From positions 1 to 64,000 of IMG/VR virus record IMGVR_UViG_3300042509_002208: 64,000 nt of DNA. One strand, given 5' to 3'. The translations under genes were made by a program, and so were the position numbers. A model generated the notes under the pieces. That model worked only from the letters and a program-made list of their open reading frames with translations, was not told where the DNA came from and searched no databases. Shown piece by piece: positions 1-7,053 of the stretch. The stretch comes from a virus. Every line of letters starts with the position of its first letter. Within the stretch, counting starts at the first letter, position 1.

Positions 1-124
1 GTATGCGAAGTACAGCGGGACGGAAGTGAATGATAAGATCGATTTGGGACCAATGGGATGTAATGACATTGATTCCAGGACCATCAGTGTAATGATGGGG
101 TTATTAACGACGTTAATATCGTTA

Positions 125-379
125 TCACGGAAGGCAGATTGATTCCAGGTAGCTGAGGCGTTTATTGATTTCCATCAAGGCATGATCCCAGGAGCAAGTG
201 GATTCTGATGCTGACTGGTGGATATCAAGCCAATGTTTGGCGTAAGGGTCGTGGCTGGGTAGTAATTCTAATGCTTGGCGGATAGTTTGTATATCTTGAT
301 AGAATTCACGAGTGTCATTGACACCTGTTGCGATAGCGTGCAGTGCAACGAGTGCTTGTTGCTTCAGATTGGGGTCCAT
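125..379 (-). CDS. small hypothetical protein, truncated member of the local paralogue family
   Basis: PNLKQQALVAL...IRQALELLP matches the C-terminal half of ORFs 773-1105 and 1824-2192. Confidence 0.7.
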   Translation of the reverse strand: MDPNLKQQALVALHAIATGVNDTREFYQDIQTIRQALELLPSHDPYAKHWLDIHQSASESTCSWDHALMEINKRLSYLESICLP

Positions 380-385
380 AATAGG

Positions 386-649
386 TTAAATGATTTCAAG
401 GTTACCTTGATGATCAAGGCTGACGAAGATATGAGCAATATTTGAGCAGGTTACCAGTTGCATGGCTTGTTTATATTCGGTTGTTTCTAGCTCGGGGTAT
501 TTGGGCTTGTATTCCATTGATTCGGGTTCCAGGTAGTTGCAATCTTTATCACCAAGGTGAAAAGTATTTAATGCTTGGCGTGCTTCTTTGAGTTGAGAGT
601 GATCAAGTGCGAATGAGATGGGAACTTTGAAGGTTGCGATAATTGTCAT
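386..649 (-). CDS. hypothetical protein
   Basis: 87-aa ORF preceded by the shared CTAATCACCCATG linker. Confidence 0.7.
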   Translation of the reverse strand: MTIIATFKVPISFALDHSQLKEARQALNTFHLGDKDCNYLEPESMEYKPKYPELETTEYKQAMQLVTCSNIAHIFVSLDHQGNLEII

Positions 650-680
650 GGGTGATTAGCGAAGGTGACTACTGTGCCAA

Positions 681-751
681 GGGTCGTGCCGGAATCGAAC
701 CGACTTTCTAGGTGCGTTGTCCGCCTGTCCTTACCAATGGACTACCGACCC
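681..751 (-). ncRNA. tRNA-like element with an aberrant anticodon arm (pseudo-tRNA, nominal CAA)
   Basis: Minus strand reads GGGTCGG-TA-GTCC ATTGGTAA GGAC-AGGCG GACAACG CACCT-AGAAA-GTCGG TTCGATT CCGGC-ACGACCC. D and T arms are good, acceptor stem 6/7, anticodon loop lacks U33, no encoded CCA. Confidence 0.7.
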
Positions 752-772
752 ATGACAATTTAGTGGAAGCGA

Positions 773-1105
773 CTACTTGTTGTCGGGAAGTTGTTCAAGG
801 GCGCGGCGGATGGTGTCTATGCCCTTGTCGCTAAGGAAAGGCTGGTTTGCTGGATCATGATTAATCAACGCCAACGCCTGCTCCTTCAAGCTCGGCGCCT
901 TGGGGCGTCGTGCGGCGCAGAGTTGCCGAGATTCACCAGACCAACCTTCTAGATCTAGCCACTCACAGCACGCCTCCAGCTCAGCGTCTGCTCCTGCTCT
1001 GTAAATATCTTCAAACATTGCATAGAGTGATCTCCCTTCTTCAAACTGTTCTGACCACCTCTGGATTAGCTCCGGTGGTGGAGTGATGGGGTGTTGTTGT
1101 ATCAT
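773..1105 (-). CDS. hypothetical protein, paralogue family (HPITPPPEL...GADxELEAC...RRPK.PSLKEQAL...ALEQLP)
   Basis: Clear paralogue of 1824-2192. Confidence 0.85.
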   Translation of the reverse strand: MIQQHPITPPPELIQRWSEQFEEGRSLYAMFEDIYRAGADAELEACCEWLDLEGWSGESRQLCAARRPKAPSLKEQALALINHDPANQPFLSDKGIDTIRRALEQLPDNK

Positions 1106-1124
1106 GGGTGATTAGTGATAATGG

Positions 1125-1397
1125 TTACTGGGTTTCAAGCTCATCGGCGATGGCAAGGAGTTCTTGTCTCACATCATTTGTTTTTGAAAACAGTGCCCAA
1201 GCATAACCAAAGTCAATGGTTGGACCAATAGATTCTTCTGTAGGCTCTGGTTGCCACGGAACCACCTGATTCGCAACAGCTCGCAAAGCGGAAGCCAGGG
1301 CGTCTGTGTTGTGATAATTGTGCTTCCAGTCATGTAAAGAGTTGTCCTCAGTAAAAGCATCCAGCACTGCTTGTGCAGCGGGTGAAAGTTCAGACAT
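1125..1397 (-). CDS. hypothetical protein (LSPAAQAVLDA...LLAIADELE type)
   Basis: 90-aa ORF overlapping the upstream stop by 1 nt. Confidence 0.8.
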   Translation of the reverse strand: MSELSPAAQAVLDAFTEDNSLHDWKHNYHNTDALASALRAVANQVVPWQPEPTEESIGPTIDFGYAWALFSKTNDVRQELLAIADELETQ

Positions 1398-1630
1398 TAG
1401 CCGTCCAGCTCTTTTACGAGTGTCTTAAGGGCTTTGTATTGCCCCCATGTCAGACCAAAGCGTTGTTCGCCGTTACTATTAAGGATAACATCGAAACCTT
1501 CACCGTTATGCCACATTGACATTTCCATGAAGTCATCTCCGTTAATGGTTACGTCATAGTCCGCCAGGGAGACAAAGGCTGATTCGAGCTTGTAGCGCTC
1601 GATTTTCTTGGTTGATTTCTTGTCAGACAT
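1397..1630 (-). CDS. hypothetical protein
   Basis: 77-aa ORF with the shared linker upstream. Confidence 0.75.
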   Translation of the reverse strand: MSDKKSTKKIERYKLESAFVSLADYDVTINGDDFMEMSMWHNGEGFDVILNSNGEQRFGLTWGQYKALKTLVKELDG

Positions 1631-1644
1631 GGGATTAGAAGTGA

Positions 1645-1827
1645 TTACTGAGCATCGAGGCAGAACAGTTTGCGGATCCGAGCCGCTTCCTGCTCGTAAA
1701 CGTTCATACCCTCAAACTCGTCGATGCCTGTAAGACGGCACATTTTTGCAAGATCCCATCGAAGACTGTCATTAAATAGACGTTCGTAAAGAAACTCTCT
1801 GATTTCGGTTTTGTGTTCGCGTTTCAT
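1645..1827 (-). CDS. hypothetical protein
   Basis: 60-aa ORF, ATGA overlap with upstream gene. Confidence 0.7.
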   Translation of the reverse strand: MKREHKTEIREFLYERLFNDSLRWDLAKMCRLTGIDEFEGMNVYEQEAARIRKLFCLDAQ

Positions 1828-2192
1828 TCGGGCAGTTGTTCAAGGGCGAGGCGGATGTAATGGGCGGGTTCTGTTATATCCATTGAGTGAGCCGCACCAT
1901 CGAGTAGGTGCGATAGCGCCAGTAGCGCCTTCTCCTTTAGGGTTGGCGGTTTGGGGCGGCGAGCAGTCCAGATGTCTTCGGCTAAGCGAACACGGTCGCT
2001 AGTTTCATCGATATAGAAAAGTCCCGCTCCGTCAATAATTTCCATGCGACACGCCTCCAACTCCTGGTCTGCGCCCCATTGAGCGGCGCTGGTGGCCAGT
2101 TGCTGCTTCCATGATGTGGATTTATCGTCTATCGCGTCATACCACTGTTCCACCAGCTCGGACGGTGGGATAACAGGATGTTGCTTGATCAT
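1824..2192 (-). CDS. hypothetical protein, paralogue family
   Basis: Paralogue of 773-1105. Confidence 0.85.
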   Translation of the reverse strand: MIKQHPVIPPSELVEQWYDAIDDKSTSWKQQLATSAAQWGADQELEACRMEIIDGAGLFYIDETSDRVRLAEDIWTARRPKPPTLKEKALLALSHLLDGAAHSMDITEPAHYIRLALEQLPE

Positions 2193-2211
2193 GTGTAATT
2201 AGCGACAAGGG

Positions 2212-2445
2212 TTAAGAAGCGTAAAAATCGCCCAATTTCAATGGGTAGCCATGTTCATCAACTTCGTCATCTGATTCCAGGTGGGGCGGCGGGACAATTT
2301 GCATTAACAGTTGATCCTCTTCGATCAATCGCTGCTTGTAACCCCATTCTGCAGCCTTTAGGATGATTGTCAGGTGATCACCGCGAGCGGCCTTGCACCA
2401 TTTTTGGATCAACTCAGGGGGTGGTACCAATTCAAGCATCGACAT
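2212..2445 (-). CDS. hypothetical protein with the family N-terminal module (PPPELIQKW...AAEWG)
   Basis: Shares the N-terminal module with 773-1105 and 1824-2192. Confidence 0.75.
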   Translation of the reverse strand: MSMLELVPPPELIQKWCKAARGDHLTIILKAAEWGYKQRLIEEDQLLMQIVPPPHLESDDEVDEHGYPLKLGDFYAS

Positions 2446-2599
2446 TCTCCGGGTTGAAACTTTTGATTAGCAGTTCCCAATTTTCGTCCAATTGTTTTTC
2501 GGCCCAGCCCCAGGCGCCATGTTCCATTCCGTCGATGTCTGCAGCATCGATTTCTTGGCGTATCAAGTGTCTCAATAACTCAATTTGCTCTCGTTTCAT
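2432..2599 (-). CDS. 55-aa hypothetical protein (not in ORF track)
   Basis: MKREQIELLRHLIRQEIDAADIDGMEHGAWGWAEKQLDENWELLIKSFNPENVDA*, first gene after the leftward promoter. Confidence 0.7.
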   Translation of the reverse strand: MKREQIELLRHLIRQEIDAADIDGMEHGAWGWAEKQLDENWELLIKSFNPENVDA

Positions 2600-2623
2600 G
2601 GGATTTAATGTGAGCGCATCCGG

Positions 2624-2652
2624 ACCTTAGCAAGAAATTAGACGATCGTCAA
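2624..2652 (-). promoter_or_regulatory. host sigma70-type early promoter for the leftward cluster
   Basis: Minus strand TTGACG-17 nt-TAAGGT with extended -10 TGn. Confidence 0.6.
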
Positions 2653-2733
2653 CTATTTTGGTGATAATTGATACATTTCCTGGCCTTGAAACCTTAAGAA
2701 ATTGTTTATTGCGCTACATATCTCGGGTGACGT

Positions 2734-2742
2734 GGGACCCTA
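2734..2742 (+). promoter_or_regulatory. GGNANNCTA late-promoter-like motif
   Basis: GGGACCCTA upstream of the first rightward ORF. Confidence 0.55.
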
Positions 2743-2773
2743 GGGTTATATATATAAGGTGGGGTGTGTTGCA

Positions 2774-2974
2774 ATGGCTGGGCATCCTGAGAATTCACCA
2801 GAAATCAACGAAGTTATTGAATTCGTCGAGAAGCAGCGGACGTGTTTTGTGTGGTGTGAAGGATGCCAAATGGAACGAGTAATGAATAGTGTATATATCC
2901 CTTATATACCTGACGCGACAATTAAGGAGTGCCGTTTTTGTCGTGATGTAAAGGTCATTGATTTCGGCGGTTAA
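2774..2974 (+). CDS. small Zn-ribbon-like protein
   Basis: CEGC...CRFC; ATG at 2774 preferred over GTG at 2759. Confidence 0.6.
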   Translation: MAGHPENSPEINEVIEFVEKQRTCFVWCEGCQMERVMNSVYIPYIPDATIKECRFCRDVKVIDFGG

Positions 2975-2976
2975 TC

Positions 2977-2985
2977 GGAAAACTA
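2977..2985 (+). promoter_or_regulatory. GGNANNCTA motif
   Basis: GGAAAACTA 22 nt before ATG 3008. Confidence 0.65.
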
Positions 2986-3007
2986 AGAGGGGCCTAGACG
3001 TGAATGA

Positions 3008-3511
3008 ATGGCATCACCACTACTGCCATATATCAATTCGCGGTTGTTAATTGAATCGCAGGGTGGTATCACAAAGATTGACGGGCGTATCGAGTGTACG
3101 CAATGTCAGAAGTACCTCGTTAAGCTATTTTTAAAGCGGATGCAAGGCGTCACAACGGACAGTGGCGCCAAGATGATCCCAACACCTGCCAAAGAGGGCA
3201 AAGAGTTCCCTGGGGCCGCTGGAGAGGCGTATACGTACCGTGGTTTCAGTCTGTTATATGCGGAAGTACCTGATACGTACAATTTACGTACAGGAACAGA
3301 CAGTGGTCTCAGGTTTCAAGAGATCAAAACACAGCCATCTTGGATGTTGCCTGGTCGAACTGGGCATTTAAAATTTGGTTCCGACCCGATTTTATATGTT
3401 ACTGTTGGACGCAGCAGTGGATTATTTGGTGGAAATGGTATTGATGATACCATCTACAAAGAAATTGGTGGCGTTATGGTTGCGTTGATTGGCGGGGAAC
3501 TGCAAAACTGA
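3008..3511 (+). CDS. putative head-closure/neck virion protein
   Basis: Position before a tail-completion-like gene, preceded by the late motif; no recognised signature. Confidence 0.45.
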   Translation: MASPLLPYINSRLLIESQGGITKIDGRIECTQCQKYLVKLFLKRMQGVTTDSGAKMIPTPAKEGKEFPGAAGEAYTYRGFSLLYAEVPDTYNLRTGTDSGLRFQEIKTQPSWMLPGRTGHLKFGSDPILYVTVGRSSGLFGGNGIDDTIYKEIGGVMVALIGGELQN

Positions 3512-4005
3512 TGACAAAGCTAGACTTAACAGGCAGAGATTTTGGACTTGATAAATTTGACGGGAAAAAACTTACCATTAGCGGAGCAATTGGTGGACCG
3601 GCATTCAAGGCAACGGTCGACAAAGTAGATACAAAAGCAGCAATTGATCAAATCCAAGATGTTCATCGAAGAACTCTGCAGCTCAGTGCCAGTCGCTTAG
3701 AGGTATTACTTGACAGTGCCATGGCTTCAGGTATATGGGGTGAACTTGGTGACATCATCGATTCAGGTGACCTCAGGGATTCTTTGTCTGTGATCATCGA
3801 GGGTGATGATATTGGGGTGTCATACGACTCTCCGTATGCAAATTTAATTCATTATGGCGGATATATTGCGCCATATGGCAATAAAAACATCGATAAAGTG
3901 TACATTCCAGGCAGGCCATGGGTTGAATCGGTGTTCCTGGGTAATGGCCCCGTTGAATCGATTAATGTACCCGCAATATTTGAGGAAGCAATCAGATCTT
4001 CATGA
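3511..4005 (+). CDS. tail completion/neck protein (HK97 gp10-like)
   Basis: IIDSGDLRDS, PYANLIHYG and IPGRPWV motifs. Confidence 0.7.
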   Translation: MTKLDLTGRDFGLDKFDGKKLTISGAIGGPAFKATVDKVDTKAAIDQIQDVHRRTLQLSASRLEVLLDSAMASGIWGELGDIIDSGDLRDSLSVIIEGDDIGVSYDSPYANLIHYGGYIAPYGNKNIDKVYIPGRPWVESVFLGNGPVESINVPAIFEEAIRSS

Positions 4006-4007
4006 TT

Positions 4008-4016
4008 GGCATACTA
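4008..4016 (+). promoter_or_regulatory. GGNANNCTA motif
   Basis: GGCATACTA 19 nt before ATG 4036. Confidence 0.65.
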
Positions 4017-4035
4017 GTCCGCTTAATGGACCAGT

Positions 4036-4608
4036 ATGGCTAAGCTGCCGTTTGTTGTACAGCCAAAATTAAAGCCAATCGTCGAAAGACTTGGTACCGA
4101 AGAATCGGGTATCATCGAGATTGAGCGGCGTGGATATCTGACAGGCGCAGAGAAGACGTTTGTACAGCAAATCCAGCAGCAGGATGGTGGTACGCTGCAG
4201 TTGGTGGCATTATCTCGTCGCATTTCACGCGAGAAGAAGATCCCCCTGGAGAAGGCATACGGGATTCTTGTTGGAATCTTGACGGGCGAAGCAAGCGGCA
4301 AGGTTGCAAGTGATATCGAATCAGATTATGCAGAGGATATCCAGATTGCGATCAACAGCATCAGCGCTTCTCGTACCAAGGAGGAGTTGATCAATGCTGC
4401 TTGTCTGTTGATTCATCGGGTAGATTCGAATATCGGCATGGATAGTGTCGTTGAACTGCATCCTGATCTGATTACTGCTTTGGCGAATTTATACAAGGAT
4501 GAAGAAACCAAATCAGTTGAAAGATTAATTGCAGCCCAGGAAGAGAGTGTCCCACAGGAAATTAATGTAGATGAAATCGAAAAAAAGCAAGAGACCCCAG
4601 CAGTCTGA
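4036..4608 (+). CDS. tail assembly chaperone (lambda gpG analogue)
   Basis: Ends near a slippery A AAA AAG with an open -1 frame into the next ORF. Confidence 0.7.
   Translation: MAKLPFVVQPKLKPIVERLGTEESGIIEIERRGYLTGAEKTFVQQIQQQDGGTLQLVALSRRISREKKIPLEKAYGILVGILTGEASGKVASDIESDYAEDIQIAINSISASRTKEELINAACLLIHRVDSNIGMDSVVELHPDLITALANLYKDEETKSVERLIAAQEESVPQEINVDEIEKKQETPAV
4581..4587 (+). promoter_or_regulatory. programmed -1 ribosomal frameshift site
   Basis: GAA AAA AAG contains heptamer A AAA AAG; the -1 frame is stop-free from 4587 into ORF 4692-5216. Confidence 0.8.
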
Positions 4609-5216
4609 ATATCCCGTTTGAAGAGTACTATTGGGCGCTAAAGTACGAATTTCCCGGTGACCCGGATTTCTACCGGGAGAACTACTGGGATTTGCCGTAT
4701 GATTATATTGTAACGGCAGTACGCAACTTGTTTAAGTTGCGACAGCGTAAGTTGCATGAATACGAAAGACCGATTGCTCTGTTGGCGTCACAGACAGCAG
4801 AGATCAATCGAAACCGCAAAAAGAGGAAGAAGCCTTACACGATTGATGAGTTTTACTTATATAAAGAAAAGGGCGACCAAGACTTACCCAGCTCCAGATA
4901 TGGTGCCGCTGCAAAACGGCTCATTGAGATGGGTGTATTCCCTGTTTGGGCGCTATTTATCTACAAGGACTTGATTTCGCAGGCAGATGATTCACTGCCG
5001 CCAGAGGATCTGGCGTTGGTGGCGGAAGACGCAATCATCCTGGCACCCACTTACGAGGGCTTTGAATGCCACGGCATGTTGATTGCCATGGAATCTGCGT
5101 CAGATCAAATCAGACGGTTCTCAACGGTTCATGGGGACTTCATCGAACTACGGATGCCGACATTGAACGCCAAGGTCAGCGCAATTGAAGATGCTGTGAT
5201 TAAGCTGCTGAAATAG
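4587..5216 (+). CDS. frameshift-extended tail assembly chaperone (gpGT analogue), C-terminal part
   Basis: -1 frame reads ARDPSSLNIPFEEYYWALKYEFPGDPDFYRENYWDLPYDY... and continues as ORF 4692-5216. Confidence 0.75.
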   Translation, partial: ARDPSSLNIPFEEYYWALKYEFPGDPDFYRENYWDLPYDYIVTAVRNLFKLRQRKLHEYERPIALLASQTAEINRNRKKRKKPYTIDEFYLYKEKGDQDLPSSRYGAAAKRLIEMGVFPVWALFIYKDLISQADDSLPPEDLALVAEDAIILAPTYEGFECHGMLIAMESASDQIRRFSTVHGDFIELRMPTLNAKVSAIEDAVIKLLK

Positions 5217-5664
5217 GACAGAAAGGTGCTGTCCCTAGTTCATTGGCCCACAAGGAGATGACGCGACTTTCGCATTCATGCTCTGAGCAGACGACATTGC
5301 AATCAGATGCTAGCCATTGCCTGATGCGCCATTCTCTGTAGACACTATAGAACTCTTGCCTTCTGTACCAATCAATCCAGTCTTCTGACCCTTTTGAGTG
5401 GTTGCATTTCAGGCAAGCGGGCGTCACATTACTCGTTTTGTCCGAGCCGCCCTTTGATTTGGGCCTGACGTGATCAATTGTCAGGCTAGCGTCATCAATT
5501 GGCGGATTACCACAGTATGCACATTTGTTGTCCCATGCCTCCTTAATAGATTGTCTCCAGATTTTGCGTGCTTCTTTTCGTGTTAGGGCCGACATGTTAT
5601 ACAGATAATCAGATGAACATTCGTACAGGGGCAAAGAACCCTGCAATGAAGGCCGAAAAGGCAT
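5200..5664 (-). CDS. HNH endonuclease
   Basis: CAYCG...TIDHVRPKSKGG...NVTPACLKCNHSKG. Confidence 0.9.
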   Translation of the reverse strand: MPFRPSLQGSLPLYECSSDYLYNMSALTRKEARKIWRQSIKEAWDNKCAYCGNPPIDDASLTIDHVRPKSKGGSDKTSNVTPACLKCNHSKGSEDWIDWYRRQEFYSVYREWRIRQWLASDCNVVCSEHECESRVISLWANELGTAPFCPISAA

Positions 5665-5780
5665 GTTGATTACTGTATTGTTGACTTAATTACCGCACTA
5701 GATCTAGGATTCAGCGTCGTCATAAATCTATTGCAGCCGTCGATTTATAGTTCCTTGCTGACGACTGGAATGTCAAGGTA

Positions 5781-5789
5781 GGAAATCTA
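5781..5789 (+). promoter_or_regulatory. GGNANNCTA motif
   Basis: GGAAATCTA upstream of the 5804/5813 start. Confidence 0.65.
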
Positions 5790-5803
5790 TAATAGGGTTC
5801 TTA

Positions 5804-6241
5804 TTGGGCGTTGTGGTACAGGCAAAAGCTAGCTCGCCCCTTGTTATTTATAATACATTGATTGCCGATACGACATTTATGTCATATGTCGGCACATATA
5901 CCTTTACGGATGGAACGACAGAGGACGCAATATCCATCATTACTCCCGGCCAGGCGTTACCTCAACTGGACAGTGTAAGCGGCCTGGAGGTCGTTATTCA
6001 TGATTTGGGCATCATTGGTCGCCAAGATTATATAGATGGGCTTTCTGACCCCGTAGCAACGTGGAAAATGTACTTGATTGCATGGGAAGGTGCCACTGGT
6101 TCTAGTATCAATACGGCAGGTCAGTATATTATCCGTCGATTTGGTGGTTCAAATATGATTGAAATCTCCAGTACGGGTACAAATATCGGTGCTTTAACTC
6201 AAAGCTTGATCTTGATTCCTAGTAATGGTGGAATTTTTTAA
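5804..6241 (+). CDS. putative tail terminator protein
   Basis: Size (~140 aa), position just upstream of the tail tube gene, IYNTLIAD N-terminal pattern. Confidence 0.55.
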   Translation: MGVVVQAKASSPLVIYNTLIADTTFMSYVGTYTFTDGTTEDAISIITPGQALPQLDSVSGLEVVIHDLGIIGRQDYIDGLSDPVATWKMYLIAWEGATGSSINTAGQYIIRRFGGSNMIEISSTGTNIGALTQSLILIPSNGGIF

Positions 6242-6268
6242 TTCAAGGTAATTCGTAGTATACCGTTT

Positions 6269-6277
6269 GGAACTCTA
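6269..6277 (+). promoter_or_regulatory. GGNANNCTA motif
   Basis: GGAACTCTA before the structured leader of the tail tube gene. Confidence 0.65.
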
Positions 6278-6341
6278 GGTTAACGGGGTTCGATTCGCCC
6301 CGGAATTGTCCCTTCGTCCCGGATGATCTCCGGCTGGACCC

Positions 6342-6953
6342 ATAGCAAACTATAGTGCAGCCTTTGGTTACGATGTTTATATCGTGCCCCTTGGTGTTAA
6401 TGACGTTGACACCTCTTTCACTGGTGTAACTACTGGCGTTGGTTCCAGTGGCGGTTTTATTAACCTGGGTACCGCAAATGCTAATGTGATTGCGGCCAAT
6501 GCCACCGTGGCATACAGCAATGGCATCTTCACCGTTGCAGGTTCGCCTTTTGCAATGGACGGCACTGATGATATCGCCCGTCTGTATGGTCTGACCAATG
6601 CTTCCCTGGAGACCGACACCAACTCCGAGGAAGTGGTGACCTATGACTCGGACACCAAGGGCTTCAACCTGAGCATCCCGACCTCCAAGACTTGGAGCGT
6701 GTCGCTGGCTGGCGTGGCTGACTTTAAAGATGCTGGTTACCAGATCCTGCGCTTAACCGAGCAGAACACCGTTGCTGACGCTCTGCGTGTGAAGTTCGTG
6801 CGCATTGGTCCCACCGGCACCGATGAGACTGTGTATGGCTACGGTACGCTGACTGGATACACCGAATCGATTGAAGCTGGTTCAATTGTGTCCTGGGAAG
6901 CAACCCTTCAGGGTTATGGCCCGTACCGCATTGACCTGGACGTTAACGCCTGA
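6342..6953 (+). CDS. major tail (tube) protein, probable start ATA 6342 (ORF track gives GTG 6384)
   Basis: Tube-like pattern (EEVVTYD...KTWSVSLAG...YGYGTLTGYTES...SWEATLQGYG), C-ending codon bias, followed by a terminator and the tape measure gene; the frame extends upstream as (I/M)ANYSAAFGYDVYIVP. Confidence 0.8.
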   Translation: MANYSAAFGYDVYIVPLGVNDVDTSFTGVTTGVGSSGGFINLGTANANVIAANATVAYSNGIFTVAGSPFAMDGTDDIARLYGLTNASLETDTNSEEVVTYDSDTKGFNLSIPTSKTWSVSLAGVADFKDAGYQILRLTEQNTVADALRVKFVRIGPTGTDETVYGYGTLTGYTESIEAGSIVSWEATLQGYGPYRIDLDVNA

Positions 6954-6970
6954 GCTTTGCCTGGTGATCC

Positions 6971-6994
6971 GGCCCCCAACTGGGGGCCTTTTTT
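6971..6994 (+). terminator. intrinsic terminator
   Basis: GGCCCCCA-AC-TGGGGGCC-TTTTTT. Confidence 0.85.
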
Positions 6995-7016
6995 ATTGGA
7001 ATAATGGACTTTACTC

Positions 7017-7025
7017 GGCACTCTA
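7017..7025 (+). promoter_or_regulatory. GGNANNCTA motif
   Basis: GGCACTCTA 28 nt before the tape measure ATG. Confidence 0.65.
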
Positions 7026-7053
7026 AACGTAGATTATTGCTTCCACAACCAGG

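Larger units (their letters stand above)
647..2215 (-). repeat. repeated intergenic linker stop-N~10-CTAAT(Y)AC(C/A)CATG
   Basis: Minus-strand copies: GTAGTCACCTTCGCTAATCACCCATG (647-672), GTAGTCGCTTCCACTAAATTGTCATG (751-776), GTAACCATTATCACTAATCACCCATG (1103-1128), GTAATCACTTCTAATCCCATG (1628-1648), TTAACCCTTGTCGCTAATTACACATG (2190-2215). Confidence 0.75.

Noticed and set aside
5200-5664. HNH gene as evidence of cos packaging or a mobile intron
   Set aside because: It is far from the terminase, no cos site is identifiable and no interrupted gene flanks it; function left open.
6284-6302. GGTTCGATTC as part of a tRNA gene or attP
   Set aside because: No D arm, anticodon arm or acceptor stem around it, and no integrase in the window; treated as a leader hairpin.
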